This document shows positions 28,472-39,092 of a stretch of DNA of 64,000 bases, in pieces. Below the pieces are notes generated by a model that made no database searches, was not told the origin of the DNA, and saw only the letters and a program-made list of their open reading frames with translations. This DNA is from Alphaproteobacteria bacterium (GTDB taxonomy: Bacteria > Pseudomonadota > Alphaproteobacteria > G965222575): contig OZ244958.1 in NCBI GenBank assembly GCA_965222575.1, forward strand, positions 224,001 through 288,000, written 5' to 3'. The translations under genes and the position numbers were made by a program. Position 1 is the first letter of the stretch. Each line of letters starts with the position of its first letter.

Positions 28472-28499
28472 AGTATAAAACACACACACCCTTTGTCAA
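28472..28499 (-). promoter_or_regulatory. Sigma70-type promoter of rpmG-gshB-guaA
   Basis: TTGACA-16 nt-TATACT on the minus strand; spacer contains a (GT)n run. Confidence 0.65.
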
Positions 28500-28508
28500 G
28501 CTCTACAA

Positions 28509-29240
28509 CCCCCCTCCCTTCTTTTTTCCCATGCCGCAACCTCCTTGCCTTTAGGAGTAAGCCCCCCTTCTTTTTTTCTCATGCCGCAACCTCCTTGCCT
28601 TTAGGAGTAAGCCCCCCCTTCTTTTTTTCTCATGCCGCAACCTCCTTGCCTTTAGGAGTAAGCCCCCCCCTTCTTTTTTCCCATGCCGCAACCTCCTGCC
28701 TTTAGGAGTAAGCCCCCCCCTTCTTTTTTCTCATGCCGCAACCTCCTTGCCTTTAGGAGTAAGCCCCCCCTTCTTTTTTTCTCATGCCGCAACCTCCTTG
28801 CCTTTAGGAGTAAGCCCCCCCTTCTTTTTTTCTCATGCCGCAACCTCCTTGCCTTTAGGAGTAAGCCCCCCCTTCTTTTTTTCTCATGCCGCAACCTCCT
28901 TGCCTTTAGGAGTAAGCCCCCCCCTTCTTTTTTTCTCATGCCGCAACCTCCTTGCCTTTAGGAGTAAGCCCCCCCCTTCTTTTTTTCTCATGCCCCAACC
29001 TCCTCCCCTTTAGGAGTAATGCCCCCTCCCCTTCTGCCGCAACCTCCTTTTTCCCATGCCGCAACCTCCTCACCTTTAGGAGCAAACCCCTCCCTTCTTT
29101 TTTCCCATGCCGCAACCTCCTCGCCTTTAGGAGTAAGCCCCCTCCCCTTCTTTTTTCCCATGCCGCAACCTCCTTGCCTTTAGGAGTAAGCCCCCTCCCC
29201 CTTTTTTCTCATGCCCCAACCTCTATGTCTTTAGGAGTAA
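28509..29240. repeat. Tandem array of about 14 copies of a 50-52 bp unit
   Basis: Unit CCCCCCTTCTTTTTT(C)TCATGCCGCAACCTCCTTGCCTTTAGGAGTAAG with variable homopolymers; 14 TTTAGGAG[TC]AA cores counted; no unique spacers. Confidence 0.95.
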
Positions 29241-30080
29241 AAAGACAAGAGCAGGGTATGCAGTGAGGAGTGCGTGGCATTGGAAGAGTCTCCAACAGGA
29301 CTGAGGGGTGAGAGTTGGTAAAAGGGAGGCTATAAAAAAGAGAGCGAGTGGAGAAAAAAGCAGTGCTGTCATAAGGGGGTTATGTCCTTGTGTGAGGGCA
29401 GCGGCGAGGAGTGCGAGGAGGGTGAGGAGATAAAAGAGAGCTAAGGCGGGTTTCAGGCAGTGTTGGAAGAGGAGTGCGGTAGATTTCAGTCCTATTTTCT
29501 GGTCTGCCTTACTATCCATGTGTGCATAAAGGGTATCATAGGCCATAGTCCAGAAAAAGCCGGCGATAAAGAGGAGAAAAGCGGACAAGTCAAGTGATTT
29601 TGTAGCGGCAACGTATCCGATGAGGGCGCCCCAATTGAAGACAATGCCTAGACCGGCTTGTGCCCAAGAGACAAAGCGTTTCAGAAAAGGATATAGGATG
29701 ACAAGGGGGACAACGAGGAGTGTGAGAAGCCAAACCTGTGCGGGTAAGGCGGTAAACAACAAAGCAAGACAGAGAGTAAAAAAGAAGAAGGAGAGTGCTA
29801 GGGCTTCTAGGGGGCTGAGGGTTTTTTGAGCAAGGGGTCTTTGAGCGGTACGAGGAATGTGTTCATCGTAGTTTCTATCGATAAAGTCGTTTAAGCAACA
29901 CCCTGCGCTTCTAGCAAGGAGTGCCCCGAGAGCTAAGAAACCATACAAGGACACTGTTTCCGCGAAGGGCAAGTGTGTCTGTAGACTCAATCCCCAAGCA
30001 CAGGGCCAGTATAGAAGAAGAAATCCCCACGGGCTGTGAAGGCGAGCAATTGTACTCCAAAGGAGGAGTTTGCGTCTCAC
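29223..30080 (-). CDS. ubiA: 4-hydroxybenzoate polyprenyltransferase
   Basis: RSAGCCLNDFIDRNYD...RT..RPLA, YPFLKR, YDTLYAHMD..D.KIGLKSTA. Confidence 0.95.
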   Translation of the reverse strand: MRRKLLLWSTIARLHSPWGFLLLYWPCAWGLSLQTHLPFAETVSLYGFLALGALLARSAGCCLNDFIDRNYDEHIPRTAQRPLAQKTLSPLEALALSFFFFTLCLALLFTALPAQVWLLTLLVVPLVILYPFLKRFVSWAQAGLGIVFNWGALIGYVAATKSLDLSAFLLFIAGFFWTMAYDTLYAHMDSKADQKIGLKSTALLFQHCLKPALALFYLLTLLALLAAALTQGHNPLMTALLFSPLALFFIASLLPTLTPQSCWRLFQCHALLTAYPALVFLLLKT

Positions 30081-31033
30081 AGCCTAATGACAGCAGCACC
30101 CCAAACCAATCCGCCACCAATGGAACTCAACAAAATGGTATCGCCCTCTTTCAGAACGCCTTCCTCCATCTTCACAGACAAAGCAAGAGGAATAGAAGCG
30201 GCAGAGGTATTGCCATGTTGTTCTACGGTGCAAATGACTTTTTCCTGAGGAAACTTCATTCTATCAGACAAAGCCATTAGAATACGTTTATTAGCTTGAT
30301 GAGGAATCATCCAATCTATGTCTTCAAGAGACAAAGAGCTTTTTTGCAGTACTTCTTCCATACAAGAGGAGAGTTTTGAAACAGCATGTCTGAAGACCTC
30401 TTGTCCTTTCATGACAATCGTCCCCACCTTACCGGTGAGTCCTATGCCATCTGTGGTACATAAGATATCTGCGTACTGGCTATCGGCTTTCAAGCAGGTT
30501 GCGAGAATGCCACGATGGTTTTGTTCTTGAGGTTCTAAGAGCACAGCCCCTGCTGCGTCTCCGAAGAGGATGCAAGTGGAGCGGTCTTGCCAGTTTAGGA
30601 GTCTGGAAATGACATCGGCGCCGATGACGAGGATTTTCTGGAATTTTTTGCTTAGGATGAAAGCGTCTGCGATATCTAAGGCATAGAGAAACCCGCTACA
30701 GACGGCTTGGATATCGAAAGCGGGAGAAGTGGTGTGTCCTAAGGCTTCATTGAGGGTTTTCTGCACGAAGACAGCAGTAGAAGGGAAGGTTTTATCGGCA
30801 GTAGTTGTAGCAACGAGTATGAGGTCTGGAGAGCGTTGCCCCACGGCGTTAAGGGCAGCTTGAGAGGCAAGGAGTGATGTGGTTTCCTCTTTGTTTGCTA
30901 GATGTCGTGTTCGTATACCCGTACGGGTTGTAATCCATTCATCGGAGGTCTCTACCCGGAGTGAAAGCTCTTCATTGGAGAGTATCTTAGCCGGCAAGAC
31001 ATGCCCTACTCCTGTGATGACAGAGCGCATCAT
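30077..31033 (-). CDS. fabH: Beta-ketoacyl-ACP synthase III
   Basis: AVCSGF, PHQANKRI, GNTSAASIP. Confidence 0.97.
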   Translation of the reverse strand: MMRSVITGVGHVLPAKILSNEELSLRVETSDEWITTRTGIRTRHLANKEETTSLLASQAALNAVGQRSPDLILVATTTADKTFPSTAVFVQKTLNEALGHTTSPAFDIQAVCSGFLYALDIADAFILSKKFQKILVIGADVISRLLNWQDRSTCILFGDAAGAVLLEPQEQNHRGILATCLKADSQYADILCTTDGIGLTGKVGTIVMKGQEVFRHAVSKLSSCMEEVLQKSSLSLEDIDWMIPHQANKRILMALSDRMKFPQEKVICTVEQHGNTSAASIPLALSVKMEEGVLKEGDTILLSSIGGGLVWGAAVIRL

Positions 31034-32124
31034 GAGGGAGTACTGGTGGTGGTATCGTCTACTTCTAGCAGGGTAAGGTTTTCTCTTAATTTTCCCAGTA
31101 TATTAAAAGAAACGAGGCGTAGAACAACTTCTAACGCGCTCTTAATTCCCTCTTCAGAGCTACCGCCATGGCTTTTAACGGAAATACCGTTCAGTCCAAT
31201 GAGCATACCGCCATTATATTGGCTTGGCGTGCAAATCTTTTGGAAGGATTGAAGATAAGGCAAGGCACAACGGCCAACAATCTTCCCAACAAGAGAAGAA
31301 GAAAAGACCTCTTTTAAGGCAGTAGCCACGAAGTGTCCTGTTCCTTCAACAAGTTTCAGTCCAATGTTGCCCGTGAATCCGTCGGTAACAAAGACATCAG
31401 CAGCCCCCGCTAGCACTTCATTTCCCTCAGCAAATCCGTTGTATCGGAAAGGAAGAGAGAGTTTTTTTTTCTCTAAGATGTTGTGTGCTTCTCTCACGGA
31501 ATCAATGCCTTTTCCGGTTTCTTCCCCTACATTGAGCAGGCTAACAGTTGGCATTTTTTTCCCCGTGACCACACGAAAGAATAAAGCCCCCATGATAGCG
31601 AATTGTAAAAGATTTTGACTATCACACTGGACATTAGCCCCTAAGTCAATGACGGAAGAAAAGCCCTTTTCATTAGGGAGAAACCCAATAATAGCAGGAC
31701 GGTGGACGCCCGGTAGCGTGCCAAGAAGAATTTTGCTCATGGCCACAAGAGCCCCTGTGTTGCCACTGGACAGAATAGCATTGCTCCGCCCTTTTTTGAC
31801 ATCTAAAATGGCAGCATACATGCTGGATTTTTTCCCCTGCCGTAAGGCAACAGAGGGCTTATCATAATCAGAGATAACATCTTGAACATCAATGATGGTG
31901 ATATACTCTCTTTTCTGGGGCAGCAAGGGTAAGAGCTGCTCTTGTTTGCCAAAGAGGCGAAAAACCACATGAGGCCAATCTTGATGCGTTTTCAACACAG
32001 CAGCAATCACAGCTTGCGGGGCATATTGCCCCCCCATAGCATCAATAGCAATAGGAAACCTCTCGTCTTTTTTGCCAAAAAGAGGTCTGAAAACAGCACC
32101 ACGGTCTTTAAGCGGACGCGTCAT
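31030..32124 (-). CDS. plsX: Phosphate acyltransferase
   Basis: [31 protein letters not shown]. Confidence 0.96.
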   Translation of the reverse strand: MTRPLKDRGAVFRPLFGKKDERFPIAIDAMGGQYAPQAVIAAVLKTHQDWPHVVFRLFGKQEQLLPLLPQKREYITIIDVQDVISDYDKPSVALRQGKKSSMYAAILDVKKGRSNAILSSGNTGALVAMSKILLGTLPGVHRPAIIGFLPNEKGFSSVIDLGANVQCDSQNLLQFAIMGALFFRVVTGKKMPTVSLLNVGEETGKGIDSVREAHNILEKKKLSLPFRYNGFAEGNEVLAGAADVFVTDGFTGNIGLKLVEGTGHFVATALKEVFSSSLVGKIVGRCALPYLQSFQKICTPSQYNGGMLIGLNGISVKSHGGSSEEGIKSALEVVLRLVSFNILGKLRENLTLLEVDDTTTSTPS

Positions 32125-32320
32125 CTACTTTTTCTTCTTCTTCTGAAGGCCGTAGGAGTACAGCACGCCCTTTATAGTAACCACAAGCCTGACAAACATG
32201 AAAGGCAAGTTTTGTCTCACCGCAATGAGAACACTTCGTTAAAGCAGGAGAGCCTACTCTATGGTGAGAACGTCTCATATCTCGCTTGGAGCAAGACGTT
32301 TTCCTTTTAGGAACCGCCAT
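32108..32320 (-). CDS. rpmF: 50S ribosomal protein L32
   Basis: MAVPKRKTS...RRSH, CSHC..HVC..CGYY. Confidence 0.97.
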   Translation of the reverse strand: MAVPKRKTSCSKRDMRRSHHRVGSPALTKCSHCGETKLAFHVCQACGYYKGRAVLLRPSEEEEKVDDASA

Positions 32321-32491
32321 TTCCCTTTATCTTTAGTGATTGTTTTACATCCGTAGTCCATTTAGGGTATCTGATAATCCCTTGTGAGTCTAGACAAAAA
32401 TCATGGGGTGATGAAGGCGTATCGTTCGCAATTTTTAAGAGAGGCAGTTGCTAGGCGCTTTCAGTCATGATGAGGCGTGCGTCATGGTCTA

Positions 32492-33034
32492 CTAGGGGCT
32501 AGGCCACTTCAGAGGAGAGGCAGCAGTAGTAGCGTTGTTAAGTTGGGTTTCCATGAGGGAGAGTGCCTGCTGAAGGTAAAGAAGGGAGGCTGTAGTGTTA
32601 GGGGGTGTACAGGTACCATAGAGATTACGATTGAGGGCGTTTTGCAGGGAGAGGTGATGAGGAAGGTTTTTACCATAGGCTATCAGGCGTCCTCCTATGG
32701 CCCGTGTCATTGTGTTGAGTTTAGGTCCCACGCCGAAGTCGCTAACGCCCTGTAGCCGCACAGCCATATCGAGATGCTTGATACAACTGTTATAGACTTT
32801 ATGAACGAGTCTTTTTTGTCCTGTGTTGCGTAAGGCTGTGAGGACACAAAACAAGTGCAGGACGAGAAGCTCAAATCGTCCATCTATGGTATCTGGAATA
32901 TGAAAGGGAGGAGCATAGAATTTAGGATGGCGTGCTTGCTGAGCAAGGTCAAGATAGAGGATATTGGCGCGTGTATTTTCTGTAGCGCGTGCTTTTAAGA
33001 AGGCAATAATAGACATATCAGGCAGTGAAGCCAA
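32492..33034 (-). CDS. Ubiquinol-cytochrome c chaperone (Cbp3-like)
   Basis: QARHPKFY..IPDTIDGRFELLVLH, GVSDFGVG, GR..AY, RNLYG. Confidence 0.88.
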   Translation of the reverse strand: MASLPDMSIIAFLKARATENTRANILYLDLAQQARHPKFYAPPFHIPDTIDGRFELLVLHLFCVLTALRNTGQKRLVHKVYNSCIKHLDMAVRLQGVSDFGVGPKLNTMTRAIGGRLIAYGKNLPHHLSLQNALNRNLYGTCTPPNTTASLLYLQQALSLMETQLNNATTAASPLKWPSP

Positions 33035-36000
33035 AGGTTAGTCCTAAGAGGGCGTTTTCGATTTTATAGGAGAGCAGTCCGGGCAAGGTGAGTGATCCTT
33101 TTATGGGTGTGTCTTTGAAGATGAGTGTTAGGTGGCACTGTCCATTTTTTTCAAGGAGGCGGTGGTTTTTATAAGCGTTGAAGAGGATGTTCAGGTCTTC
33201 TGTTGAGGTGATGTTGACCCATAGTTGCGTTGAGTGTTGGGCGTAGAAGTCTTGGAAGTTTATGGTGCTGAAGCAATGGATATAGCCGGTTTGTTTTTCC
33301 ATTTCTACAATAACCAGTGCGCCGGTCTTGAGGGTGTCTTGGAAGGATGTTTGTTTATTCCCAGAGAGAATCAGGGTAAACACCTTGCCAAAGTCCATGA
33401 GTTTGAGGAGGGAATAGGGCGCCCCTTTTTTTCCTATGCCTTTTTCTTTTTGTAAGACGACAACGGGGACTTTTTGTCGTTTGCCTGAGCCGCGTCCTAT
33501 GTTATGGAAAAACGGGCTCAAGCCGAGGCGTTTGAGGAGGGGTTCTTGTCCTTCTAAGGGATGGGGTAGGAAGGTGAGGTCACAGGCAGTATATTCCCGC
33601 ACAATGGCTTCTCTTCTAGACCAGGGCGTAGCAGGTGTGGTAAGGAGGTCAGTGACATTGATATCTGAGGGTTCAAAAAGCCCTCCTTGGGTGTTAGCAA
33701 GTTGTTTAGCCACCTCTATGAGTCTGGGAAGATTATGGTACAGGGTTGCTCTATTAGGGTCTAAGCAATCTAAAGCCCCTGCTATGATGAGGTGTTCTAG
33801 CTGTCTTTTTGTTACCCCTTGCGTACGGCGGAGAAAATCGGCAAGATTTTTGAAGGAGCCATGTTCTTTGCGGTTTTGCACAAGATTTTTGACGGTGAGT
33901 TCGCTGACATTTTTGATATCGCAAAGTCCGAAGAGGACGCTTTTTTTCTCATTCTGTTGTTGAACAGAGAAGGTAACATCTGAGGTATTGACGCAAGGTG
34001 AGATGAGAGGGATTCCTCTTTTTTTGAGTTCTTCTCTATAGAGGAGTAGTTTTTCGGGTTTATCTCTATCGAGGGCCATGGCGGAGGCGGCGAATTCACA
34101 AGGGTAGTAGGTTTTAAGCCAAGCTGTTTCATAGGCTATCAAGGCATAAGAAGCCCCATGGGCTTTATTGAAGCCATAGCCGGCGAATTTTTCGATTTTG
34201 TCAAAGACTTTGGTTGCAAGTTGCGCGGAAACTTTGTGGAGGTTTTGAGCACCCTTGATAAATTCCTGTCGTTGAAGAGCCATTTCTTGGGAATCTTTTT
34301 TCCCCATGGCGCGGCGGAGGAGGTCAGCTTGACTTAAGGAGAAGCCGGCGAAGACTTGTGCAATCTGTAGCACTTGTTCTTGATAAATAATAATCCCGTA
34401 AGTGTCTTTGGTGATAGGGGTGATACTCTCGTGCAAAAGAGGAGGAATAGCTTTCCCATTCTTGGCTTTAATATAGTTAGGAATGTTTTCCATAGGCCCC
34501 GGTCTATAGAGGGAGACAAGAGCAATTAAGTCTTCAATGTTATTGGGTTTTGCCTCTATTAGCAGCTCGCGCATGCCCTCGCTTTCAAACTGAAAGACCC
34601 CTGTGGTGTCTCCTTTGTTCATGAGCGCCATGACCAAAGGAGAGGCTTTTTTCTTATCCATAGCAGGCACTGTGCCGTAGTTACGGCGTATCATTTCCCA
34701 TGTATTATGAATGACAGTGAGTGTCTTAAGCCCTAAAAAGTCAAATTTTATCAAGCCCGCTTGTTCCACATCTTTCATGGAGAACTGCGTGGCAGCCATA
34801 GCAGATTTTGGGTCTTTATAAAGAGGAACGGTTTCCATGAGGGGTTTGTTGCTAATGACAAGGCCTGCGGCGTGGATGGAGGGGTGTCGATAGAGTCCCT
34901 CTAGGCGTATGATGATTTCAAAGAGTTTTTTGACTGTTGGGTCATTGCGTTTTTGTTCCTGTAGGACAGGTTCGTCTTTGAGGATTTCTTGAAAAGGCTT
35001 AGGATTGATTGGCATAAAGGGAATACGCTTAGAGAGCGCATCCACTTGAGCATAGGGCATAGAGAGGACTCTACCGACATCTCTAATAGCCATTTTCGCC
35101 TGTAGTTTTCCAAAGGTTATTATCTGAGCCACCTTGTCTTCACCATATTGCTTACGGACATATTCCAGGATTTCCGGTCGTCTGTAAGGGCAAAAATCAA
35201 TATCAAAGTCTGGCCATGAAACGCGTTTAGGGTTTAAGAAGCGTTCAAAAACCAAATGGAATTGTAACGGGTCTACATCTGTTATGCCGAGGCACCAAGC
35301 CACAAGGGAGCTTGCCCCAGAGCCGCGTCCGGGGCCGACGGGAATCTTTTGCTGTCGTGCCCAATTGACAATATCCGCCACAATGAGAAAATAGCCTGCA
35401 AACTTCAAGGAGCAAATAATGTCTAGTTCCTCCTCTAGTCTCTTTTGATAAAGCTGGACTTTGTTCTTGGGGAGAGATTTTTTCTTCAAGCCTGTGGCGG
35501 CTTTTGTCCTGAGCAAGGTTTCTTGGGTTTCTTGTTTTGGCGTTTTGAAAAGAGGCAAGGAGGGAGCTCTGGTTTCAAAGAGTGCGGCACAACGTTTGGC
35601 AATGAGGAGGGTATTTTCCACAGCATCAGGCAAGTCGGAGAAAAGTGCTTTCATGTCTTCAGGCGGTCTGAAAGCAAAGGAGTCGTTTAACATCACCCGC
35701 GTAGGGTCAGTGAGCACTTTTTTTTGCGTAATACGCATCAACACATCATGGGCTTCACGTTGTTCTTTGGTATCAAAATAACAATCATTGGTAGCAACTA
35801 AAGGCAAGCGATAGCGGTGAGAAAGTTTGAGAAGAGCACGGTGGTATTTTTGTTCTTGAGGCAGTCCGTGACGAGAAAGCTCAAGGTACAAACGATGAGA
35901 GAAGGCCTCTTGGAATTGTTGTAGTAGCGGGAGAGGATTACCGCCTTGTGAGAGGATGTGTTCTAAGGGCCCTGTGTTACCGCCTGTGAGAAGGATGAGG

Positions 36001-36392
36001 TCTTGTGTGCAAGCCTTAAGGGCTTCCCACGGGAGTCCTTCTCCTTGAAATTTCAGATACGCTTGACTGCTCAAGCGGATGAGGTTTTTCAGTCCTCTTG
36101 GCGTAGCCGCTAAGAGGAGGACGGAAGGGTGTGTTTTGTCTTTAGCATTTAAGATTAACGGCATCAAGCACCCCACAATGGGTTGGATGCCCTTATTTTT
36201 TAAGGTTTGGCAAAAGATCTGTCCCCCTGCAAGATTGACTTCATCAGTCATAGCCACGGCAGGCATACGATATTCTCTACAACGTTTAGCAATTTGTTCA
36301 GGGGAAAGCATACCCTTGCCGAAAGAGTACCGCGTTCTAAGCCTAAGATGAACAAAGGGCGCACTCATAGCACTAAGCCGCACAAGGGGCAA
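33018..36392 (-). CDS. dnaE: DNA polymerase III alpha subunit
   Basis: PHP domain, GPGRGSGA, PDFDIDF, KFDFLGL, YGFNKAH, clamp motif QGGLF. Confidence 0.97.
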   Translation of the reverse strand: MPLVRLSAMSAPFVHLRLRTRYSFGKGMLSPEQIAKRCREYRMPAVAMTDEVNLAGGQIFCQTLKNKGIQPIVGCLMPLILNAKDKTHPSVLLLAATPRGLKNLIRLSSQAYLKFQGEGLPWEALKACTQDLILLTGGNTGPLEHILSQGGNPLPLLQQFQEAFSHRLYLELSRHGLPQEQKYHRALLKLSHRYRLPLVATNDCYFDTKEQREAHDVLMRITQKKVLTDPTRVMLNDSFAFRPPEDMKALFSDLPDAVENTLLIAKRCAALFETRAPSLPLFKTPKQETQETLLRTKAATGLKKKSLPKNKVQLYQKRLEEELDIICSLKFAGYFLIVADIVNWARQQKIPVGPGRGSGASSLVAWCLGITDVDPLQFHLVFERFLNPKRVSWPDFDIDFCPYRRPEILEYVRKQYGEDKVAQIITFGKLQAKMAIRDVGRVLSMPYAQVDALSKRIPFMPINPKPFQEILKDEPVLQEQKRNDPTVKKLFEIIIRLEGLYRHPSIHAAGLVISNKPLMETVPLYKDPKSAMAATQFSMKDVEQAGLIKFDFLGLKTLTVIHNTWEMIRRNYGTVPAMDKKKASPLVMALMNKGDTTGVFQFESEGMRELLIEAKPNNIEDLIALVSLYRPGPMENIPNYIKAKNGKAIPPLLHESITPITKDTYGIIIYQEQVLQIAQVFAGFSLSQADLLRRAMGKKDSQEMALQRQEFIKGAQNLHKVSAQLATKVFDKIEKFAGYGFNKAHGASYALIAYETAWLKTYYPCEFAASAMALDRDKPEKLLLYREELKKRGIPLISPCVNTSDVTFSVQQQNEKKSVLFGLCDIKNVSELTVKNLVQNRKEHGSFKNLADFLRRTQGVTKRQLEHLIIAGALDCLDPNRATLYHNLPRLIEVAKQLANTQGGLFEPSDINVTDLLTTPATPWSRREAIVREYTACDLTFLPHPLEGQEPLLKRLGLSPFFHNIGRGSGKRQKVPVVVLQKEKGIGKKGAPYSLLKLMDFGKVFTLILSGNKQTSFQDTLKTGALVIVEMEKQTGYIHCFSTINFQDFYAQHSTQLWVNITSTEDLNILFNAYKNHRLLEKNGQCHLTLIFKDTPIKGSLTLPGLLSYKIENALLGLTFGFTA

Positions 36393-37111
36393 CGAGGGTC
36401 AGGTGGCACAGCGGTTTTTTTTATCACCATTGTCTCAAAATCACAGGTCATAAGGGAGCCTATGAGGGATTTTTTGCCTAGTATCTGTTTTATAACCTCT
36501 AAGGCTTGGAGTGTGCCCATCACGCCTGCGCAAGCCCCTAGCACTCCCTGTTGACAGGAGTCAATGGGACTTGTTTGCAGGGTTTCTGAGAAGAGGCAAA
36601 ATAAGCAAGGGGTTTCTTTAGTCCAAGGACAAAATGTTGTCAGGTACCCTTTCATCGTGGAAACGGCAGCAAAGATGAGGGGTTTACGATGTTTATAGCA
36701 CTGTCTTGCAATAAGAGCCCTTGAGGCGGGATTATCGGTTGCATCAACAACCCATTGATAAGAGTCTAGGGGGGTGTGCTGATGAAAGGCGTGTTGAGCG
36801 GTTTTCACCTGTACAGTGGGATTATTGGCTTTAAGGGCTTTTTTTAGGATAAAAACCTTAGGGAGTCCGATATGTTTTGTATGGTAGGGGACTTGTCTTG
36901 AGAGGTTTTCCAGTTCAATGACATCGGGGTCTATGATGGTGAGGTTGTGTACCCCGCCTGCGGCTAGGTACAAAGCGGCCACAGAGCCTAAGCCGCCGGC
37001 GCCGATGAGGAGGACGGAAGCATGAGCAAGGGCTTTTTGTCCTAGGCACCCGACCTGTGGGGTATCAAGTTGCCGTTGATAGCGCCTTAAGAAGTTTTGT
37101 TGTTGTGTCAC
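36365..37111 (-). CDS. HesA/MoeB/ThiF family adenylyltransferase
   Basis: RYQRQ, GAGGLG, D.D.IE..NL.RQ, CLFC, CPLC. Confidence 0.92.
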   Translation of the reverse strand: MTQQQNFLRRYQRQLDTPQVGCLGQKALAHASVLLIGAGGLGSVAALYLAAGGVHNLTIIDPDVIELENLSRQVPYHTKHIGLPKVFILKKALKANNPTVQVKTAQHAFHQHTPLDSYQWVVDATDNPASRALIARQCYKHRKPLIFAAVSTMKGYLTTFCPWTKETPCLFCLFSETLQTSPIDSCQQGVLGACAGVMGTLQALEVIKQILGKKSLIGSLMTCDFETMVIKKTAVPPDPRCPLCGLVL

Positions 37112-38355
37112 TGATTGGGACAGGAGGAGCGCTTTTGTTGAAAGGGGATTATTGTTCTGAGTTGTTGGTTTTCGAGAGCGTGGGCTATTTCTTCCACGAG
37201 TTCTTGTGCGATGAGGGTTTTGAGTTTTTTCTCTCCCAATTTTGGGATAGTGAGATTATCTTTGAGGAGTCTAATCTGATTAAAGTCACTGCCTAGAGGG
37301 AAGCCATTCTGTAAGGGGTTGTTGACCATCCAGTCGCATTGTTTTTGGAGGCGTTTTCTTTGGGCTTTTTCTGCATTAGACAGGGCGAATCCGATAACCA
37401 GTGGGGGTCTGTTTTGTGCTGTTGCAACGGTGTGTAGGATATCAGGTGTTTGAGAGAGGAAAATGGCATGTTGGGAGTTTTTGTCTGGTTTTCCGTTCTG
37501 ATAAGCTGTTGGTGTATAATCTGAAACGGCAGCGGTTGCGATAAAAACATCTGCGGGCAGTGCGTTTAAGGAGGCATCGAGCATATCGTACACTGAGGTG
37601 ACGGAGATGGTATTGAGCAGCGGTGGCGGTGGGAGAGAGGTAGGCCCTGAGATGAGTGTAACGTCTGCGCCGGCCTCTTGGCATTTTTGAGCAATGGCAT
37701 AGCCTTGCTTACCGGAAGAGGCATTTGATAGGAATCGGATGGTATCGATATGTTCACGTGTAGGCCCAGCGGTAATGACAATTTTTTTACCGCTTAAGCG
37801 TGTGGGTTTAAGAGTGCGGCAAACGGCGTCAATAATGTCTTGCGTATCAGCTAAGCGTCCGTCTCCGACTTCGCCGCAAGCTTGTTCCCCGGTGCAAGGG
37901 CCGCAAAAGAGGACGCCATCTTTTTTCAAGGTGTTGACATTGCGTTGTGTCGCCTTACTGTGCCACATATTTTTGTTCATAGCGGGAGCGACGACGAGGG
38001 GACAGTGTCGTGCGAGGCACAGAGCGGCGGCTAAATCCTCTGCTGCACCTGTTGCTAGACGTGACAAAAAATTCGCAGTCCCAGGCACCACAAGAATCAG
38101 GTCTCCTTTTCGTTCATAAGAGATATGCGGCATAGGCGCGAAGCCTTTTTTGCGCTCAAAGAGGTCTTCTAATACCCGGTTGCCTGTTAAGCTTTCAAAC
38201 AGCAAAGGGGAGACAAAGGCTTGTGCGGCAGTTGTTAGCACACAATGGACGGAAGCCCCAAGTTTTTTTAAGCCACGCACCACAAGACAAGCCTTATAAG
38301 CACCGACTCCTCCGGTGACAATCACAATCAGCGTCTTGTTCTCCAACACCATCAA
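37108..38355 (-). CDS. coaBC: Phosphopantothenoylcysteine decarboxylase/ligase
   Basis: TGGVGAYK, APAMN, TAGPTREHID..RFLSN.SSGKQG. Confidence 0.96.
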   Translation of the reverse strand: MMVLENKTLIVIVTGGVGAYKACLVVRGLKKLGASVHCVLTTAAQAFVSPLLFESLTGNRVLEDLFERKKGFAPMPHISYERKGDLILVVPGTANFLSRLATGAAEDLAAALCLARHCPLVVAPAMNKNMWHSKATQRNVNTLKKDGVLFCGPCTGEQACGEVGDGRLADTQDIIDAVCRTLKPTRLSGKKIVITAGPTREHIDTIRFLSNASSGKQGYAIAQKCQEAGADVTLISGPTSLPPPPLLNTISVTSVYDMLDASLNALPADVFIATAAVSDYTPTAYQNGKPDKNSQHAIFLSQTPDILHTVATAQNRPPLVIGFALSNAEKAQRKRLQKQCDWMVNNPLQNGFPLGSDFNQIRLLKDNLTIPKLGEKKLKTLIAQELVEEIAHALENQQLRTIIPFQQKRSSCPNQ

Positions 38356-39092
38356 ACCATTACCATTCCGCCATTGATATGTAAGGTCTGTCCCGTGATA
38401 TACTGTCCACTTTGCCCGGCTAGGAACACAACCCCTTGGGCAACATCCTCCGCTGTCCCCAAAACACCCATAGGAATAGTTTGAAGCGCCATATTTTTTA
38501 CCTCTTGCGGTAAGTCTTTAGTCATATCGGTCTGAATATAGCCCGGGGCAACGCAGTTGACGGTAATCCCGCGTTTCGCCACCTCCCGCGCCATAGACTT
38601 TGTCCAACCCCCAAGCCCTGCCTTAGAAGCCGCATAAACAGTCTGTCCCGCATTACCCGTCGTCCCAACAACAGAAGAAATAGAAATAATTCTTCCCCAA
38701 GATTGTTGCACCATATTCCTTAAAAAAGCTTGAGCGAGAAAGAATCCCGCTTTGAGATTCACACACATCACCTCCTCCCAATCCCGTTCTTTTACCCTAA
38801 GGGCCAAGGTATCCCTTGTCATGCCCGCATTGTTGACAAAAATATCAACAGACAAACGGTGCTGTTTCAAAAAATCCTTAACCTCAAGGACGCCGTTTGG
38901 AGATTTCAAGTCCTGTACACAAACCACTGCTCCCTCTAAATTGCGCGCAAGCTCTTCTAAGACCGTTTGCCGCCGACCAGATAAAATCACCCGCACCCCG
39001 CGTACTGTAAGTGCCTCCGCCACAGACATCCCAATCCCCCCAGACGCCCCTGTCACAAAAGCAACCTTACCAACAAGAGAAGAAGACATCAT
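38352..39092 (-). CDS. fabG: 3-oxoacyl-ACP reductase
   Basis: TGASGGIG, NNAG, YAASK, ITGQTLHINGGM. Confidence 0.95.
   Translation of the reverse strand: MMSSSLVGKVAFVTGASGGIGMSVAEALTVRGVRVILSGRRQTVLEELARNLEGAVVCVQDLKSPNGVLEVKDFLKQHRLSVDIFVNNAGMTRDTLALRVKERDWEEVMCVNLKAGFFLAQAFLRNMVQQSWGRIISISSVVGTTGNAGQTVYAASKAGLGGWTKSMAREVAKRGITVNCVAPGYIQTDMTKDLPQEVKNMALQTIPMGVLGTAEDVAQGVVFLAGQSGQYITGQTLHINGGMVMV

Noticed and set aside
28509-29240. Possible CRISPR array
   Set aside because: Units are contiguous with no unique spacers and no cas genes are present; it is a tandem repeat
28307-29266. Several ORFs across the 51-bp array
   Set aside because: Frames shift with homopolymer length; one overlaps rpmG antisense
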